DNA of 53,194 nucleotides, from contig CAZNRY010000001.1 of assembly GCA_964575675.1 (NCBI GenBank), positions 32,416-85,609 on the forward strand, written 5' to 3'. Source of the DNA: an uncultured bacterium (GTDB lineage: Bacteria; Eisenbacteria; RBG-16-71-46; CAIMUX01; VGJL01). Both the position numbers and the translations under genes were made by a program. The notes beneath the pieces are model-generated. The model had not been told where the DNA came from and searched no databases. It saw only the letters and a program-made list of their open reading frames with translations. Shown piece after piece: positions 42,716 to 52,095 of this stretch (positions are counted from its first letter, which is position 1; every line of letters begins with the position of its first letter).

Positions 42716-45700
42716 GTGCCGGCGCAGGAAGCCGAGAGGGGACGATCGATGACACCTCTTGAATCGCTCTCCCGCATCCTTCGCGGAGGGCACCGAGCCT
42801 TCCTTCGCAGGAGGGTGCTCGAAGCCGCCCTCCTTGGCGCCTCCGTTTTCTTCCCCGCGCTGCTCGGCGCGGTCGTCCTCGGCATCTTGCTCGGGGCGGG
42901 GCGTCTTGGCGCCTGGGCCGTGCCTGCTTTGGTGGTCGCCGGCGCCGCGGCAGGACTCTTCCGCTCGATCCGGTTTGGCATGCGCCATCATCTCGGCTTC
43001 GGCGCGTTCCTTCTCCTGACCGAGTCGCGCGCGGGACTCGACCGAAACGAGCTGATGAACGCGCTCCATCTCGGGAGGCGCATCCCTTCGCTCGAGGATC
43101 CGCTCGCCCGCGAGGTCGCGGGCGAGGTGCTCCGCCGCGGAGCGGAGACGGCCCGCAGTGTTCCGTTCCGCTCGCTCGCGCCCGTGCGAAGCCTCAGGGG
43201 ACCGGCCGGCCAGGTCGCCGGCGCGTTCTGTTGTCTGCTCCTGCTGAGCCTGTTGGCGCCCGGGGCCGTGCTGCGGACCGCGGGACAGATCGTTCGCCCC
43301 GGGCAGGTTCCCGAGACGCTGGGCCTGGAGATCCTGGTCGAGCCGGGTGATTGCACGGCCGAGCGGGGTGGGCGGGTCAGGGTCCGCGCCCGCATCCTGC
43401 GCGCGGAGGGCGAGCCTGTCCTCTTCCATCGATCGGGCGGGGGAGCGTGGGCGGGTGAGACGATGCGCGCGGCCGAAGGCGCCTTCTCGGGTGAGCTCGA
43501 CGATCTGCAGGCCGAGACCGAGTATGCGGTCGCCCTGGCGCAGGCCCGAAGCCGGACGTACCGAATCGCCATCGTCGAGCCTCTCCGCGCAACCGGATAC
43601 GAGAAGTGGATCCGCTATCCCTCCTACACGGGGCTCGCGCCCGAGAAGGAGCTCTCCCCGCACGGGTCGATCGCCGCCCTCTTCGGCAGCGAGGCCGATC
43701 TGCTGGTCAGCGTGAGTCGCAGCGACGCGCGCGGCGCACTCCGCTTCGATTCGGGCCACACGGTCCCGCTGCAGCCGTCGGGCGCGGGCGTCCTGGGAGC
43801 CTCACTTCCGATCCGCGAATCCGCCCGATTCCGCGTCGAGCTGACGAGCGAGGAGATCGAGGCCCCCCCGTGGGTGTCGGAGCCCTTCCAGATCGACCCG
43901 ATTCCCGACCGGATGCCGAGCCTCTACCTCCTCGCCCCGGGCGAGCAGATCGACCTGCCGCCGGAGATGCGGGTCGTGCTCGAGGTCGACTGCGCGGATG
44001 ATTTCGGGATCACGCGCCTCGATCTCGTCTACAAGCGGAACAACGGAGCGCCCGCGAGGATGTCGATCGCGCGCTGGCAGACGGGATCCGAGGCACGGGT
44101 AATGTATCCATGGAACCTCGAGGAGATCACGATGGCCCCGGGGGATCGGATCAGCTACCGCCTCGAGCTGACCGACAACGACGCCATCTCGGGTCCCAAG
44201 ACGACGATCTCTCCCGAATACCTCATCCGCTTCCCGACCGTCGAGGAGATGTACGTCCAGCAGGAGAGCGAACGGCAGGAGGGGATCGTCGATCTTCGCG
44301 AATCCCTCGACAGCCAAGTCGATCTCCGCAAACAGATCGAGAAGATCTCCCAGGACCTGCGGCAGAGCGGGTCGATGCAGTGGGAGCAGAAGCAGGAGGT
44401 CGAGCAGCTCCTCGAGCGCCAGCAGGAGATCGCTCAGAAGATGGAGAACCTGGCGATGAACATGGATCGCCAGCTCGATCGGATGCAGCAGGGGCAGCTT
44501 TTCAGTCCCGAGATGCTGCAGAAGATCGCGCAGATCCGGGACCTCGTCCGCCAGATCCAGAACCCGGAGTTCCAGAGAAGAATGGAGCAGATGCGGGAAG
44601 CGATGAAGTCGCTGGATCCCAAGGAGATCCAGAAGGCGCTCCAGGACATGAAGCTGTCGCAGAAGGACCTCGAGCAGGGACTCGACCGCACGCTGAAGAT
44701 GCTCGAGCGGCTCCTCGCCGAAGAGAAGCTCGACGAGCTGATCAAGAAGTCCGAGCAGCTCACCGACGAACAGAACCGGGCGAATCGGGACCTCGCAACG
44801 GCGCAGGACAGAGAAAAGCCCGATTCAACCTCCGCGCTGTCGGGCAAGGAGGCGGCTGATTCCAAGGAGCGTCAGGAGCAGATCCGCAAGGAGCTCGAAG
44901 AGCTGCGCAAGCAGATGGAAGAGCTCAAGGAGATGGCCGGCAAGAGCCACAGCCAGATGGCCGAGAAGCTCGCCGGGGAGCAGGGCAATCAGATGAAGCA
45001 ATCGGCCGAATCGGCGGACCAGGAGATGGAGTCGGGCAGTCAGTGCATGTCCGGGGGCAATCGCCCCGGAGCGATCCGCGCGGGCAAGAGTGCGTCGAAG
45101 AGCCTTCGCGGACTCACGCAGCAGATGAAGCAGCTCCAGTCGGAGATCGGCGCGGGGCGGATGGCCGAGCTTTCCAAGAAGCTCCTCGGCCTCGCGGGGG
45201 AGATGGTCAATCTGTCGCAACGCCAAGAGGAAATCGTCGGGGAGGCAGGGCGCACGAACACGCGGGATCTCGCCGTCGAACAGGACCGTCTAGCGCGCGC
45301 CACAGGATCGGTCGCCGACCGTCTCTATGAGCTGGCCCGCGAGACGCCGGCGATCTCGCAGGACCAGGTGCGGGCTCTGGGGGCGGTCGTGAACACGCTC
45401 TCGGACGCGACGGACGCCTATGAGACGGGGCAGCGTCCGACCGGTTCCGCGCTCGGCCAGCGGGGGCAGACGACCATGGACGCGATCGTGACGAGTCTCC
45501 TCGAATCGAACCAAAGCATGTGCTCTGGCTCCGGCACCTCGGCCTGCAAATCGGGGAAGCCGAATCCGATGGGCCAGATGCAATCGCTTTCGCTCGGGCA
45601 GTCAGGGGTCAATCAAGACACCCAGCAGCTCATGGGGGAAATGCAGGGATCGCGGCTGCAACCCGAGGGCGGATCGGGGCGTCTCGAGCAGCTCGCCGCG

Positions 45701-46108
45701 CGCCAGATGGCGATCCGCCAGGGATTGCAGGAAATGTCGCAGTCGCTTGGGGACCGCGGGGACGTGCTGGGCCGCCTCGGCGATCTCGGCAAGGAAATGG
45801 AAGATGTCGTGGAGGAGCTGCGCGAGCGGAATGTCGATGACAGGCTCATCCAGCGCCAGGAGAAGATCTTGAGCCGACTTCTCACGGCGCAACGATCCCT
45901 GCGGAGGCAGGATTTCGAGGAGCAGAGGCGCTCGCGCACGGGGGTCGATCCCGACAGCCCGCTCTCGCCGTCCCCGGTGTCGACCGGGCTTTCGCAACGG
46001 GAGCAGATCCGGCGCGGAATCCTGCGCGGCTCGCAGGACCAGGTGCCGTCCGATTTTCGCGCCCTCGTCGATCGATACTTCCGTGCCTTGATGCAGGGGG
46101 AGAGATGA
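42716..46108 (+). CDS. 1130-aa double-TM envelope protein with Q/E/K/M-rich coiled coil (DUF4175-like, tentative)
   Basis: GTG 42716 lies 2 nt after the upstream stop; ATG 42749 after GAGAGGGGA is the alternative start. Two N-terminal TMs (ALLGASVFFPALLGAVVLGILL, AWAVPALVVAGAAAGLF). A beta-rich region is followed by about 330 aa of coiled coil (~44260-45260) and a C-terminal VPSDFRALVDRYFRAL. Confidence 0.65.
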   Translation: MPAQEAERGRSMTPLESLSRILRGGHRAFLRRRVLEAALLGASVFFPALLGAVVLGILLGAGRLGAWAVPALVVAGAAAGLFRSIRFGMRHHLGFGAFLLLTESRAGLDRNELMNALHLGRRIPSLEDPLAREVAGEVLRRGAETARSVPFRSLAPVRSLRGPAGQVAGAFCCLLLLSLLAPGAVLRTAGQIVRPGQVPETLGLEILVEPGDCTAERGGRVRVRARILRAEGEPVLFHRSGGGAWAGETMRAAEGAFSGELDDLQAETEYAVALAQARSRTYRIAIVEPLRATGYEKWIRYPSYTGLAPEKELSPHGSIAALFGSEADLLVSVSRSDARGALRFDSGHTVPLQPSGAGVLGASLPIRESARFRVELTSEEIEAPPWVSEPFQIDPIPDRMPSLYLLAPGEQIDLPPEMRVVLEVDCADDFGITRLDLVYKRNNGAPARMSIARWQTGSEARVMYPWNLEEITMAPGDRISYRLELTDNDAISGPKTTISPEYLIRFPTVEEMYVQQESERQEGIVDLRESLDSQVDLRKQIEKISQDLRQSGSMQWEQKQEVEQLLERQQEIAQKMENLAMNMDRQLDRMQQGQLFSPEMLQKIAQIRDLVRQIQNPEFQRRMEQMREAMKSLDPKEIQKALQDMKLSQKDLEQGLDRTLKMLERLLAEEKLDELIKKSEQLTDEQNRANRDLATAQDREKPDSTSALSGKEAADSKERQEQIRKELEELRKQMEELKEMAGKSHSQMAEKLAGEQGNQMKQSAESADQEMESGSQCMSGGNRPGAIRAGKSASKSLRGLTQQMKQLQSEIGAGRMAELSKKLLGLAGEMVNLSQRQEEIVGEAGRTNTRDLAVEQDRLARATGSVADRLYELARETPAISQDQVRALGAVVNTLSDATDAYETGQRPTGSALGQRGQTTMDAIVTSLLESNQSMCSGSGTSACKSGKPNPMGQMQSLSLGQSGVNQDTQQLMGEMQGSRLQPEGGSGRLEQLAARQMAIRQGLQEMSQSLGDRGDVLGRLGDLGKEMEDVVEELRERNVDDRLIQRQEKILSRLLTAQRSLRRQDFEEQRRSRTGVDPDSPLSPSPVSTGLSQREQIRRGILRGSQDQVPSDFRALVDRYFRALMQGER

Positions 46109-47895
46109 CCGGCTGCCTCGCAAGCGGATTTCGCCATGCCGCGCGGCTCGCCGCCCCGCTTTCGCTCTGCCTGCTTTTTGCCTCCGGGGTGCATGCGCAA
46201 CCGAATCCGACGCCCGGCCAAAGGGAGGGCGAAGCATCGGCGCCGGTTCGACTGCGTCCCACGCCCGCGCAGAGCGCCCCCGCTCCTGCACAGGCGGCCC
46301 CTGCCGGGAGCCGGGCCGACGACCGGGACCGGACGATTCGCCAGGCGCAGTCGCTCGCCAAGGGGAAGAAATTCGAGGAGGCCCTCGCGCTCCTCGATAC
46401 GCTCGAGCGGGGGGGCGACGGCGATCCGATCGCCGTCAAGTTGCGGGGCGATTGCCTGCGGAAGCTCGGCCGCCTCGACGAAGCGAAGGATCTCTACCGC
46501 AGGAAGGCGGATGCCATGAGCGCGCGCGGCGGGGACGCGACGCCGATGCTGATCGAGCTCGAGCGGGCCATCCGCGAGTCGAAGGACCCGCGCGGGGCGT
46601 TTGCCATTTGTCTGGAGATCCACCGGATCGGAACGGCGGGCGCGTGGGTCCGCGACGAGATGGAGGCATTGATCGTGGCCGACTCCCTGGGAGAGCTGGC
46701 CGTCTCGGCCCTCGAGGAGGAGATTGGCCGCCGCCCCCAGGATCAGGATCTTGCATCGCTTCTGATCGGCGCCCTTCTCTTTCTCGGCAAGGACGCCGAG
46801 GCGCTGCGCGAAGCCCAAGCGCTCGACCAGATGCGGTCGGCGCGTGGAAAGGTCCTCCTCGAGTACCTGCGGATGATGGGGGGCAAGGGGCTTGGAGCGC
46901 CGGCCGTCGCCTGCGCCGACGCCGCGCTCGCCGAAGGGCTCGCCGGAGAGGAGGCGCAGGAGGCGCTCGTCTTGAGGGCTGCCGCCCAGCGGCGGATGCG
47001 CGATCTCCGTGGGGCCGTTGATTCCTATGACAGGGCGGCCAAGGCCGATCCCAAAGGCCCGCTCGTTCATCTGGCTCTGCGCGAGCGCGCGGACCTGCTC
47101 GTCCGCGATCTCCGCGATCTCGAGGCCGGGGCCGCGGCGCAGGAGGACTTGATCGCGACCCTGACGGATGCCCGCCCAGCCGATCGCGGACGGCTCTTGG
47201 GCCAGGCCCTCGTCGATCTGGCGAGTACGAAGCTTCGGATGGGGCTTTACGAGGACGCGACCGCCGTGTGCAAGCGCGTCGAGGAAGAGGCGAAGGATGA
47301 GGAGAGCAAGGGAGACGCGGCGTTCCTTCAAGCGGAGATCCTCTTCTACGGAGGGAGGATCGACGAAGCGCGGACGGCTTACGAGCGGGTGGCACGCGAG
47401 CACGCCGGCGGCAACCGCGTGAACGATGCTCTCGACCGGTTGATCCTGTTGACCCGCGCCGGGGACGCTGGATCGCTTCCTCTCGCCGCGCTCGGGCAGA
47501 TCGCCTACCAGCGCCGGTTCGGCGAACCGGCCCGCGCGCTCGTCCTCTGCCAGGATGCCGAGAGGGAGTGCTCCGGATGTCCCGCCGAGGAGGATTTCTT
47601 GCGCGAGGAGAGCCTGCTCCTGATCGAGCTCGGCCGGATCGACGAGGCCGCTGTTCGGGCCGACACGCTTGCCGCGCGGTTCCCGGACTCGGGCGCATCG
47701 CCCGCGGTCCTTCGCGCCGTCGCCGACCGCCTCCGAGCGAGGGACGGCGAGAGCGAAACGGTCCTCCGACGCTATGAAGACCTCCTCGTCCGTTTCCCAA
47801 AGAGTCACGACGCGTTCGAGGTCCGGGCTCTTCTCGAGAAGCTCCGCAGGGTGGGGGAACGGACCGGTTCCCGCGAGGAGGATCGACGCGGATGA
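46105..47895 (+). CDS. secreted alpha-helical repeat (TPR-like) protein
   Basis: ATGA overlap with the upstream gene. Signal peptide ...LSLCLLFASGVHAQP, a Pro/Ala-rich linker, then helical-hairpin repeats (FEEALALLDTLE, LGRLDEAKDLYRR, GRIDEARTAYERVA). Confidence 0.6.
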   Translation: MTGCLASGFRHAARLAAPLSLCLLFASGVHAQPNPTPGQREGEASAPVRLRPTPAQSAPAPAQAAPAGSRADDRDRTIRQAQSLAKGKKFEEALALLDTLERGGDGDPIAVKLRGDCLRKLGRLDEAKDLYRRKADAMSARGGDATPMLIELERAIRESKDPRGAFAICLEIHRIGTAGAWVRDEMEALIVADSLGELAVSALEEEIGRRPQDQDLASLLIGALLFLGKDAEALREAQALDQMRSARGKVLLEYLRMMGGKGLGAPAVACADAALAEGLAGEEAQEALVLRAAAQRRMRDLRGAVDSYDRAAKADPKGPLVHLALRERADLLVRDLRDLEAGAAAQEDLIATLTDARPADRGRLLGQALVDLASTKLRMGLYEDATAVCKRVEEEAKDEESKGDAAFLQAEILFYGGRIDEARTAYERVAREHAGGNRVNDALDRLILLTRAGDAGSLPLAALGQIAYQRRFGEPARALVLCQDAERECSGCPAEEDFLREESLLLIELGRIDEAAVRADTLAARFPDSGASPAVLRAVADRLRARDGESETVLRRYEDLLVRFPKSHDAFEVRALLEKLRRVGERTGSREEDRRG

Positions 47896-49151
47896 ACCGG
47901 CGCGGCCTTTCGCTCATCCTCCTTCTCCTTGTTGCGGCGGCCGCTCCGGGCTGGGGGAAGATCCTGGTTCCCATGGATCTCACCCAGGCAAACCACCTGA
48001 AGGCCTACGGGGTCGCCTACCACGCCCTCCAGCGCGGCCAGGACGTCGAGTGGCTGCTGAACTATCGGGGCGGCTCCTTCCTGATGGACGACGACCCGGC
48101 CACGACGCGCGACTGCTCTCTCTCCGGGGTTTCCTTCGAGGAGAGGAGCGGAAGCGAGGTCGTCTCGATCCTCGACGAGATCGAGGGGAGCAACATGGAG
48201 GTCGTCCTTCTGGAGAAGGCCCCGGTGGTCGCCGTCTACTACCCGCAGGAGATCGATCCCTGGGACGACGCGGTCGTTCTCGCGCTCGATTACGCCGAGA
48301 TCCCCTACGAAAAGCTCTGGGACGAGGAAGTGGTGGCGGGACAGCTCTCCAAGTACGACTGGCTCCACCTCCACCACGAAGACTTCACCGGCCAGTACGG
48401 GAAGTTCTACGCCTCATATCGCAGCGCTCCCTGGTACCTCGAGCAGGTGCGCGTCAACGAAGAAGCGGCGAAGAAGCTCGGGTTCGCGAAGGTCTGGCAG
48501 CTCAAGCAATCCGTCGCGGTGCGGATCAAGGAGTACGTGGCGCGCGGGGGATTCGTCTTCTCGATGTGCTCGGCCACCGACAGCTTCGACATCTCTCTCG
48601 CCGCCCAGGGGATCGACATCGCCGACGCGGTCTACGACGGCGATCCACCGGAGACGGGGGCCCAGATGAAGCTCGATTTCTCCCGCGCGCTTGCGTTCAC
48701 CGACTTCAGGCTCGAGATGAATCCGCTCGTCTACGAGTACTCCGACATCGACATGACCCAGGAGGCGTCGTTGCGGGGGCAGGAGAACGACTACTTCCAG
48801 CTCTTCGACTTCTCGGCAAAGGAGGACCCTGTCCCCTCGATGCTGACCCAGTGCCACGTCAATGTCCTCCGCGGGTTCATGGGACAGACGACGAGCTTCA
48901 GGAAGTCGTTGCTCAAGAAATCGACGATCGTCCTGGCGGAGGTCCCGGGAGCGGGCGACGTTCGTTACTGCCACGGCAATTTCGGAAAGGGGACGTTCAC
49001 GTACTACGGAGGGCACGATCCGGAGGACTACCAGCACCAAGTGGGCGACCCGCCGACCCAGCTCGAGCTGCACCCCAACTCCGGCGGCTACCGCCTGATC
49101 CTGAACAACGTCCTCTTTCCCGCCGCGAAGAAGCAGGAACGAAAGACCTAG
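47892..49151 (+). CDS. secreted GATase1/ThuA-like protein of unknown function
   Basis: ATGA overlap with the upstream gene. Signal peptide MNRRGLSLILLLLVAAAAPGWG. WLHLHHEDFTGQYGKFY, and a nucleophile-elbow-like GGFVFSMCSATDS. Family assignment is tentative. Confidence 0.65.
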   Translation: MNRRGLSLILLLLVAAAAPGWGKILVPMDLTQANHLKAYGVAYHALQRGQDVEWLLNYRGGSFLMDDDPATTRDCSLSGVSFEERSGSEVVSILDEIEGSNMEVVLLEKAPVVAVYYPQEIDPWDDAVVLALDYAEIPYEKLWDEEVVAGQLSKYDWLHLHHEDFTGQYGKFYASYRSAPWYLEQVRVNEEAAKKLGFAKVWQLKQSVAVRIKEYVARGGFVFSMCSATDSFDISLAAQGIDIADAVYDGDPPETGAQMKLDFSRALAFTDFRLEMNPLVYEYSDIDMTQEASLRGQENDYFQLFDFSAKEDPVPSMLTQCHVNVLRGFMGQTTSFRKSLLKKSTIVLAEVPGAGDVRYCHGNFGKGTFTYYGGHDPEDYQHQVGDPPTQLELHPNSGGYRLILNNVLFPAAKKQERKT

Positions 49152-49188
49152 GCCCCTCCTGCGGCACCCAGCGGTTCGAGCTGGCGAC

Positions 49189-49247
49189 TCATTCGGGGCG
49201 TGCCGTTCGCGCTCGCTCCGGCGCATCCCGCTCGGCCGGCTAAACGA
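49189..49247. repeat. REP-like repeat unit (copy related to 32151-32340)
   Basis: TCATTCGGGGCGTGCC (49189-49204) followed by GCGCTCGCTCCGGCGCATCCCGCTCGGCCGGCTAAACGA (49209-49247). Over this 39-nt stretch it differs from 32151-32189 at only 4 positions. Confidence 0.6.
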
Positions 49248-49573
49248 GCGGGGCCACGGATCGAGCCGGATGGTTCCTCCGGACCGGCGCTCGCTCGGGG
49301 ATGTGCGAACATCCTGGCTCGCGCCTGCGGCCCGCTTCGCGCGCCGACCGGCGGCGCTTCTCGCAAGTACCATCCGCGCGGCGGGCAGCTCCTGCAGAAC
49401 CAACCGGCTCGATCGCGGCCCCCCCCGGCGCACCCTCCCTCTTGACAAAGGCCCCCCTTCCGGCGATCCTCTGAAGCTCGACCCGCCCGAGCGCGGGAAC
49501 GGGTCCGACGTCTTCGCGCCGGAGATCGGCGCTGGGTGGCAGCGGCCTGGGAAGGGCAGGGAGTGAGGACGGG

Positions 49574-49795
49574 ATGATGAATGTGGTGAGGGGGGGCGGA
49601 GGACAGGACGCCGGATACCCCATCTGCAAGAAGTGCAACGACGGCGTCTTGATTCCTCTGTCCGACTACGGTCGCGAGGGAGCGCCGATCAACTTCAAGG
49701 CCTGGGTCTGTTCGAATCCTGAGTGCGGATTCAACATCCGCATCGACAACGGAGAGATCAGTTACGGACGGTCGATCAGTCATTCCTCCAAGTAA
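49574..49795 (+). CDS. small zinc-ribbon protein
   Basis: 73 aa with CKKC...CSNPEC (CxxC / Cx4C). GGGAGTGAGGA lies upstream. Terminates in TAA. No family recognised. Confidence 0.5.
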   Translation: MMNVVRGGGGQDAGYPICKKCNDGVLIPLSDYGREGAPINFKAWVCSNPECGFNIRIDNGEISYGRSISHSSK

Positions 49796-49807
49796 GACCT
49801 CCCGCGC

Positions 49808-50527
49808 ATGGCCGGGAGATCACCCGAATCGATGATCCGGGCGGTTCTCTTCGACCTCGATAACACCCTCACCGACTTCATGAAGATGAAGGACGCCTCG
49901 ATCGACGCTGCGATCGAGGGGATGCTCGACATGGGCCTGCCGATGAGCCGGGAGCAGGCCCGGGATCGCATCTACGCCATCTACGATCGCGAGGGGATCG
50001 AGTATCAGCGGGTCTTCGACAACTTCCTGAAGGAGAACATGGGGGAAGTCCCCCCCAGCGTCCTGGCCGCTGCGATCGTCGGTTATCGCCGCGCCCGCGA
50101 CTCCTACCTCGTCCTGTACCCCCGCGTCCGGCAGACGTTGACCGAGCTTCTGCGCAGGGGGTTTCGGCTGGCCGTCCTCTCCGACGCCCCGGCCCTCCAG
50201 GCATGGCTCCGCCTGCATCATCTGGCGCTGAACCATCTCTTCGAGTTCGTCATCACCTTCGATGACACGGGCGAGCGGAAGCCGAGTCCGGTCGGGTTCG
50301 CGCGTGCGCTCGAGCTTCTCCAGATGCGCCCCGAGGATGTGTTGATGGTAGGCGATTGGCCCGAGAGGGACATGGTCGGGGCCGCCCGTATGGGGATGCA
50401 GACCGTCTTCGCGCGCTACGGCGACACGAAGGGGGTCACCGAATCGGGAGCCGATTTCGAGATCGACGACATCCATGACCTTCTCTCGATCATCGAACGC
50501 CTGAACCGGCCGTCCGCGGAGGGATGA
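49808..50527 (+). CDS. HAD-superfamily hydrolase
   Basis: AVLFDLDNTLTDF (DxD motif I), LAVLSDA (motif II), GDWPERDMVGA (motif IV). ATG 49832 is an alternative start. Confidence 0.85.
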   Translation: MAGRSPESMIRAVLFDLDNTLTDFMKMKDASIDAAIEGMLDMGLPMSREQARDRIYAIYDREGIEYQRVFDNFLKENMGEVPPSVLAAAIVGYRRARDSYLVLYPRVRQTLTELLRRGFRLAVLSDAPALQAWLRLHHLALNHLFEFVITFDDTGERKPSPVGFARALELLQMRPEDVLMVGDWPERDMVGAARMGMQTVFARYGDTKGVTESGADFEIDDIHDLLSIIERLNRPSAEG

Positions 50528-52095
50528 TGTTCCTGCTCTCGACCGCGGAGATGCGGGAGTGCGATCGTCGAACGATCACGCAATTCGGGACGCCGGGGCC
50601 GGTTCTGATGGAGCGCGCCGGGTGGGGGATCTATGCCGAGATCCGCAGGCGTTTCGATCGCGTGAATCGGCGCCGCATCTGGATCGTCTGCGGACGAGGG
50701 AACAACGGAGGCGACGGGCTGGTCTTGGCCCGCCTCCTGCACGACGGCGGCTACAATCCGAGGGTGATGCTGACCGGCCCGCCCGAAGAGATCTCGGGCG
50801 ACGCGGGGCTTCAGATCTCGCCTCTCGTCGAGCGGGGGATTCCCCTTGAGCCGATCGCGCCCGAGGGATTGACCGATCTCGCTAGACTCGAGCGGGGCGA
50901 TCTGCTAATCGATGCGATTTTCGGCACCGGCTTCAAGGGGAAGCTGAGCGGGGAGGTGGCCGACGCCGTTTCCGCGATTAACCTGTCACCAGCCACGGTC
51001 ATCGCGATCGACATCCCATCCGGTCTCTCCGCCGACCACGGACGGGTCGACGGCCCGGCCGTACGCGCTGATCTCACGATCGCGATTGCTAGCCCGAAGC
51101 GGTCGTTCGTCTTCTACCCCGCGCGGGAGCATGTGGGGGAGTGGTGCGTCGTCGACATTGGCATACCGGCCGAGGCGATGGCGGCGGTCATGCCGGTCGT
51201 CCGCCTCGCTTCGCCCGACGATGTCTCCGCACGTTTCCCCTCGTTCCCGCGCAACGCGCACAAGGGGACGCGCGGGAAGATCGTCATCGCGGGCGGCTCG
51301 CCCGGGCTCACCGGCGCGCCGTGTCTCGCCGCGCTTGCGGCAGCGCGGAGCGGGGCGGGACTCGTCCGCGTCGCCGTCGCCCGCTCGTTGAACCCGATCA
51401 TCGAGGCGAAGCTCACCGAGCCGATGACCTTTCCGCTCGCGGAGACGAAAGCCGGAACGCTGAGCCCCCGATCGGCTGCCTTCATCCTCTCCCTCGCCAG
51501 CGAGTGGGGTTGCCTGGTGCTCGGTCCGGGGATGGGACGGCACCCGGAGACCGACCGGCTGGTCCGCCGTCTGTACGATTCATGGAGCGGGCCCCTCGTG
51601 GTGGACGCAGACGGCCTCAATGCCCTCGCCCGGCTGGGGATCCCGCCGCCCTCTTCGGGACGGCCGATCCGCGTCCTGACCCCTCACCCAGGGGAGATGG
51701 CCCGGATCTCCGGGCTCGCGATCGGCGAGATTCTCGCGGATCCGGTGGCGGCGGCCCGCGGCTTCGCGATGGAGCAAGGGGTTGTTCTCGTCCTCAAGGG
51801 GGCGCCGACGACGATCGCGTCCCCCGACGGCCAGGTCATCGTGAGCTCCACGGGCAATCCCGGTCTGGCGACCGGAGGATCGGGGGACGTGCTCTCGGGA
51901 ATGATCGGCACATTCCTCGCGCAGGGGATCTCGCCACCGTGGGCGGCGGCCTGCGCGGCCTACCTGCACGGACTTGCCGCGGACATCGCATCCAGGAAGC
52001 GCACCGAACGGGCCATGACGCCGGGCGACGTCATCGAGCCGCTCGGTCCGGCGTGGGCCGCTTTGACCGGACAGGCGGGAGAGAATGGCGTCTGA
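50524..52095 (+). CDS. nnr: bifunctional NAD(P)H-hydrate epimerase / ADP-dependent dehydratase
   Basis: CGRGNNGGDG (YjeF-N), HKGTRGKIVIAGGS, GNPGLATGGSGDVLSG (YjeF-C). ATGA overlap with the HAD gene. Confidence 0.9.
   Translation: MMFLLSTAEMRECDRRTITQFGTPGPVLMERAGWGIYAEIRRRFDRVNRRRIWIVCGRGNNGGDGLVLARLLHDGGYNPRVMLTGPPEEISGDAGLQISPLVERGIPLEPIAPEGLTDLARLERGDLLIDAIFGTGFKGKLSGEVADAVSAINLSPATVIAIDIPSGLSADHGRVDGPAVRADLTIAIASPKRSFVFYPAREHVGEWCVVDIGIPAEAMAAVMPVVRLASPDDVSARFPSFPRNAHKGTRGKIVIAGGSPGLTGAPCLAALAAARSGAGLVRVAVARSLNPIIEAKLTEPMTFPLAETKAGTLSPRSAAFILSLASEWGCLVLGPGMGRHPETDRLVRRLYDSWSGPLVVDADGLNALARLGIPPPSSGRPIRVLTPHPGEMARISGLAIGEILADPVAAARGFAMEQGVVLVLKGAPTTIASPDGQVIVSSTGNPGLATGGSGDVLSGMIGTFLAQGISPPWAAACAAYLHGLAADIASRKRTERAMTPGDVIEPLGPAWAALTGQAGENGV

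Noticed and set aside
44260-45260. The Q/E/K/M-rich segment of the 1130-aa protein, considered as a possible tandem DNA repeat or recently expanded low-complexity array.
   Set aside because: I found no exact or near-exact nucleotide repeat units. The periodicity is at the heptad/coiled-coil level only.
49442-49470. Perfect TTGACA -35 hexamer upstream of the zinc-ribbon gene, considered as a promoter call.
   Set aside because: With a 17-nt spacer the -10 candidate is GATCCT (3 of 6 matches). The promoter consensus of this lineage is unknown. It is mentioned in a finding but not annotated as a feature.
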